From: Candidatus Zambryskiibacteriota bacterium
GTDB lineage: Bacteria > Patescibacteriota > Minisyncoccia > Phycocordibacterales > WO2-35-19
Direction: 5' to 3'
Assembly (NCBI GenBank): GCA_043799105.1
Contig: JAZDOB010000003.1
Location: forward strand, 1 to 38,028
Length of the DNA: 38,028 bases
A program made the translations under genes and the position numbers. The notes beneath the pieces were generated by a model. The model made no database searches. It was given only the letters and a program-made list of their open reading frames with translations, and was not told the DNA's origin. Of this stretch, positions 34,943 to 38,028 are shown one piece after another (within the stretch, counting starts at the first letter, position 1; every line of letters begins with the position of its first letter).

Positions 34943-35341
34943 TTACCAAATATTAAATAAGACTTCTCCGCCCAAATTATTTTTCTTGGCATCCACATCG
35001 GACATAATACCTTTTGGCGTAGAGAGCACCGACATGCCAAAACCTTTACGAAAGGCCCTTATGCTTTTAGAATCCTGATAAAGTCGCCTGGATGGTTTCG
35101 ACATTCTTTTCACATCGGAAATCATCGGCTCACCGTCTTTGGTATAAAGCAAATCTATATTTATTGATTTGGAAACCTCATCTTTGTTTTTTGAAACGAC
35201 ATCACCTACGTAACCCTTGGCGCTCAGAAGTTCCGTTATAGCCAATTTCATTTTGGAAAAAGGCACTGAAACACTCGATTTGCCCGTGTTTCCGGCGTTT
35301 TTAATCCTTATTATTAAATCTCCTATTGGGTCTGTTACCAT
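34943..35341 (-). CDS. rpsH: 30S ribosomal protein S8
   Basis: [33 protein letters not shown]. Confidence 0.97.
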   Translation of the reverse strand: MVTDPIGDLIIRIKNAGNTGKSSVSVPFSKMKLAITELLSAKGYVGDVVSKNKDEVSKSINIDLLYTKDGEPMISDVKRMSKPSRRLYQDSKSIRAFRKGFGMSVLSTPKGIMSDVDAKKNNLGGEVLFNIW

Positions 35342-35520
35342 GACGATTTTTTAACTCCCGGAATTTTTCCTTCGTTGGCAAGTTCCCGGAAACAGATTCT
35401 GCAGAGGCCAAAATCTCCCATATAACTCCTCCCTCTGCCACATTTGAAACATCGGTTAGTAGCCCGAGTACTAAATTTCGGTTTTTTGAGAGCTCTTGCT
35501 TTTACTGAAGTTTTTGCCAT
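35335..35520 (-). CDS. rpsN: 30S ribosomal protein S14, zinc-binding (type Z)
   Basis: MAKTS start at 35520; [19 protein letters not shown]. Confidence 0.96.
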   Translation of the reverse strand: MAKTSVKARALKKPKFSTRATNRCFKCGRGRSYMGDFGLCRICFRELANEGKIPGVKKSSW

Positions 35521-35567
35521 TTCTAATAATTTTAATACCAATCAAAACGCCCTCTCGGGCTCCCTTA

Positions 35568-35596
35568 AAGCTAACAAATAGGGGCAAAATAGTCAA
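35568..35596 (-). promoter_or_regulatory. Putative promoter of the rpsN-secY unit
   Basis: TTGACT-17-TAGCTT with extended TG. Confidence 0.5.
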
Positions 35597-35603
35597 TAAC
35601 GAT

Positions 35604-35649
35604 AAAAAATAGGGGGCAGGAAAGCTGTTTGCTACAACTTCCCTGTCCC
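35604..35649 (-). terminator. Terminator after the 35664..36002 gene
   Basis: GGGGACAGGGAAG...CTTTCCTGCCCC followed by CTATTTTT. Confidence 0.6.
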
Positions 35650-35663
35650 CCGTCTGACCCCCG

Positions 35664-36002
35664 CTACACAGGCGAAACTTTTTCGATATTAAAAAAACCG
35701 AAACTCCCGCGAGTGTATTCGACCACCACCAGGTCACCCGGGGATAACTGATCGTAAAGTTCCTGGGCGACATTGATACTGCCCTGCCATCCCTTAACTT
35801 TTACGTCTAGAAACCAGCTGTCGGGAAAAAGAATCGGCTCCTCTTCCCAATTTCTTTCTCCGTTGATTGAACAAGGAACCACTCTGTATTGAGCTATTAC
35901 AAACGTTTTACCGACGATGACTCCTTTGTCCCGACCCTTCTCCAGGAAAAGCAGTCGAGGGATAACTTTGATCAGTCTCAATAGCCAACTTGTCGACATC
36001 AT
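35664..36002 (-). CDS. Hypothetical protein (beta-rich)
   Basis: 112-aa ORF, AAAGGAG RBS, upstream TTGACA, downstream terminator. Confidence 0.65.
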   Translation of the reverse strand: MMSTSWLLRLIKVIPRLLFLEKGRDKGVIVGKTFVIAQYRVVPCSINGERNWEEEPILFPDSWFLDVKVKGWQGSINVAQELYDQLSPGDLVVVEYTRGSFGFFNIEKVSPV

Positions 36003-36078
36003 AATAAGCTCCTTTCCGTCTATGTATTCCGTCTATTGTTCTAACGCAATCTGGCACAAATGTCAACGGTGTTATATT

Positions 36079-36231
36079 TTAATTTTTTCTAGTGTCGGCC
36101 CAGAGGGACAAAATTCCCAAAGCCAAAAAGAGTCCCGCTTCCAACCAATTTTGTTTTTGCAAAGCCTCAATCAAAGCAATGCCAAAAAAGATTATAAATA
36201 CCGCTATATTTGTAAATTTTGGTGATTTCAT
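36079..36231 (-). CDS. 50-aa two-TM small protein missed by the ORF track
   Basis: MKSPKFTNIAVFIIFFGIALIEALQKQNWLEAGLFLALGILSLWADTRKN. Confidence 0.65.
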   Translation of the reverse strand: MKSPKFTNIAVFIIFFGIALIEALQKQNWLEAGLFLALGILSLWADTRKN

Positions 36232-36584
36232 TTTTTGGCGGGCGTCTCGGGTTAAGTACCCATGAGGTTAGTAATCATAAGGGTATTTTAGCATATTTCC
36301 GCTAGCCCTGCTGAAGCTCTCGGGTCTAGGTCTCAAATCCCAATGTTACGCCATGTTACACCAGATCGGTCTTTCGGGGCTGTCACATTCACTATCCACA
36401 ACTTTCTTGACACGCCCTGTTCAAGAGGAGTATCATTATTACAAATAAAGATACAACCGAATAATTAATGTCCTAGAGACAGGTTAGTGGTGCGTAAAGC
36501 GTCAATCTACCTGTCGATTTTTGTAGAAGGCCAAGCGCATCACGTGCGATTGGCCTTTATTCATTATTAATTAGCAATATTAAC

Positions 36585-37859
36585 ATGAGTATACATCTAA
36601 TTTGGCACACGGTTGATAAAAAAGTTTCCAACCTCGTGCCCAACATTAAAAATCCTCGGACGATGAGTCCGAAGCAAATTGATGACCTCAAGCGCTCGCT
36701 CAAGAAGTTCAACCTTGTCGAGCTGCCGGTGATCGATCTTGATAACAAAGTCATCGCCGGCCACCAGCGTCTCATGGCCTTAAAGCTCCTTGGGCGAGAG
36801 AACGACACTATTCCGGTGCGCGTTCCGAACCGCAAACTCACCCAGAAAGAGTACGACCAGTATCTCCTAAGCAGTAACCGTATTCACGGCGATTGGGACT
36901 GGCAGGCGTTAGTGGATAACTTCGATATTGAAACGCTTCTCGTAAGCGGCTTTGATGACATGGACTTAACGCACATCTTCGATGACCTCGAAGTTGAGGA
37001 TGACGAGTTCGATGTTGAAAAAGAACTCGAAAAAATTAAGAAGCCCGTCTCCAAGCTCGGTGATCTGTATCAGCTTGGCACGCACCGCATCATCTGCGGA
37101 GATAGCACTGATCCCGAAGTGCTCAAGAAATTGATGGACGGCAAGAAAGCAAACAGTATTCTCCAAGACCCGCCGTACAACATCTCTCTCGACTACAACA
37201 AAGGCATCGGCGGCAAGGGTAATTACGGCGGCACAGTCGACGACGCAAAGTCAGACAAGGAGTACAAGGAATTCCTGAAATCGGCATTGCAAAACGCTCT
37301 CTTGGTTCTTGAAAAAGACGCACACGTTTTCACGTACTGCGACCAGAAGTACATCTGGCTTTTGCAGACACTGTATGCCGAACTTGGCATTACCAACAGG
37401 CGTGTGTGCTTGTGGGTGAAAAATAATTCCATGCCCACGCCGCAAGTCGCGTTTAACAAGCAGTATGAGTCGTGTGTATATGGCACCATTGGCAAGCCGT
37501 ACCTTTCAGAGAAAGTATTAAACCTCTCGGAAGTGCTCAATAAAGAGATTGGCACTGGCAACCGCACGCTTGAGGATATCCTCGACTTGATTGATATCTG
37601 GATGGTGAAGCGCCTGAGCGGATCTGACTATGAGCATCCTACCGAAAAGCCGCCAATGCTGCACGAGAAGCCGCTCCGTCGCTGTACGAAGCCAGGTCAG
37701 ATTATCCTAGACTGCTTTGGTGGTTCAGGTAGCCTGCTTGTGGCATGCGAGCAACTCAAACGCTCTGCGTACTTGGTCGAGCGCGAGCCAATATTTATTG
37801 ACTTAATCATGCGACGCTATGAAAAACTCACCAAAAACAAAGCAAAGAAAGTCGGCTAA
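36585..37859 (+). CDS. ParB-like domain + beta-class N6/N4 DNA methyltransferase
   Basis: NPR, IAGHQR, LGTHRIICGDS, DPPY, HPTEKP, DCFGGSGS. Confidence 0.92.
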   Translation: MSIHLIWHTVDKKVSNLVPNIKNPRTMSPKQIDDLKRSLKKFNLVELPVIDLDNKVIAGHQRLMALKLLGRENDTIPVRVPNRKLTQKEYDQYLLSSNRIHGDWDWQALVDNFDIETLLVSGFDDMDLTHIFDDLEVEDDEFDVEKELEKIKKPVSKLGDLYQLGTHRIICGDSTDPEVLKKLMDGKKANSILQDPPYNISLDYNKGIGGKGNYGGTVDDAKSDKEYKEFLKSALQNALLVLEKDAHVFTYCDQKYIWLLQTLYAELGITNRRVCLWVKNNSMPTPQVAFNKQYESCVYGTIGKPYLSEKVLNLSEVLNKEIGTGNRTLEDILDLIDIWMVKRLSGSDYEHPTEKPPMLHEKPLRRCTKPGQIILDCFGGSGSLLVACEQLKRSAYLVEREPIFIDLIMRRYEKLTKNKAKKVG

Positions 37860-38028
37860 CGGCATCGTCTGGCAGCTCGGTGATCATCGCCTGGCGCAAG
37901 GCGACTGCCGCGATGCGAAGCTCATTAAGGAGCTCCTTGGCGATGAGCGTATCAAGCTCATCTGTACGGATCCGCCGTATGGCGTCGCTGTGGTAGAGGC
38001 TAAGCGTAATTTCCGCACGCTCTTTAAA
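37819..38028 (+). CDS. Second DNA methyltransferase, 5' part
   Basis: MKNSPK..WQLGDHRLAQGDCRD..CTDPPYG, open to the window edge. Confidence 0.85.
   Translation, partial: MKNSPKTKQRKSANGIVWQLGDHRLAQGDCRDAKLIKELLGDERIKLICTDPPYGVAVVEAKRNFRTLFK

Noticed and set aside
36235-36262. tRNA 3'-end-like remnant (…CGCCCGCCA) as an att site
   Set aside because: No TTC T-loop and no matching tRNA in the window

Overview
AT-rich bacterial chromosome segment, most likely Patescibacteria/CPR (Parcubacteria-like). This is inferred from the lack of rpmD between rpsE and rplO, a trigger factor without a PPIase domain and many leaderless-type gene starts. In order, the window holds: a CsoR-controlled copper/thiol-redox cluster (1-8.7 kb); tRNA-His and tRNA-Leu; a split S10 operon (tuf-rpsJ-[hicBA, VOC, relBE-type TA]-rplCDWB-rplS); a 1244-aa acidic protein; nusA; tig-clpP; rny; a beta-CASP RNase; a 6S-RNA-like ncRNA; adk-map-ndk; a truncated spc operon (rpsN-rpsH-rplF-rplR-rpsE-rplO-secY); and the left end of a higher-GC element with two DNA methyltransferases. 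The main unexplained structure is a family of five 66-107 bp elements with ends YCCCGTTAGAART...AYTTCTAACGGGR. Each sits exactly in a start codon, duplicates 4 bp (TGRR) and regenerates the ATG/GTG with its last base. A related-looking 74-bp element sits in an extended -10 box. Several other palindromic micro-element families occur, some in frame inside proteins and some nested in one another. All family assignments come from motif recognition, not database searches.
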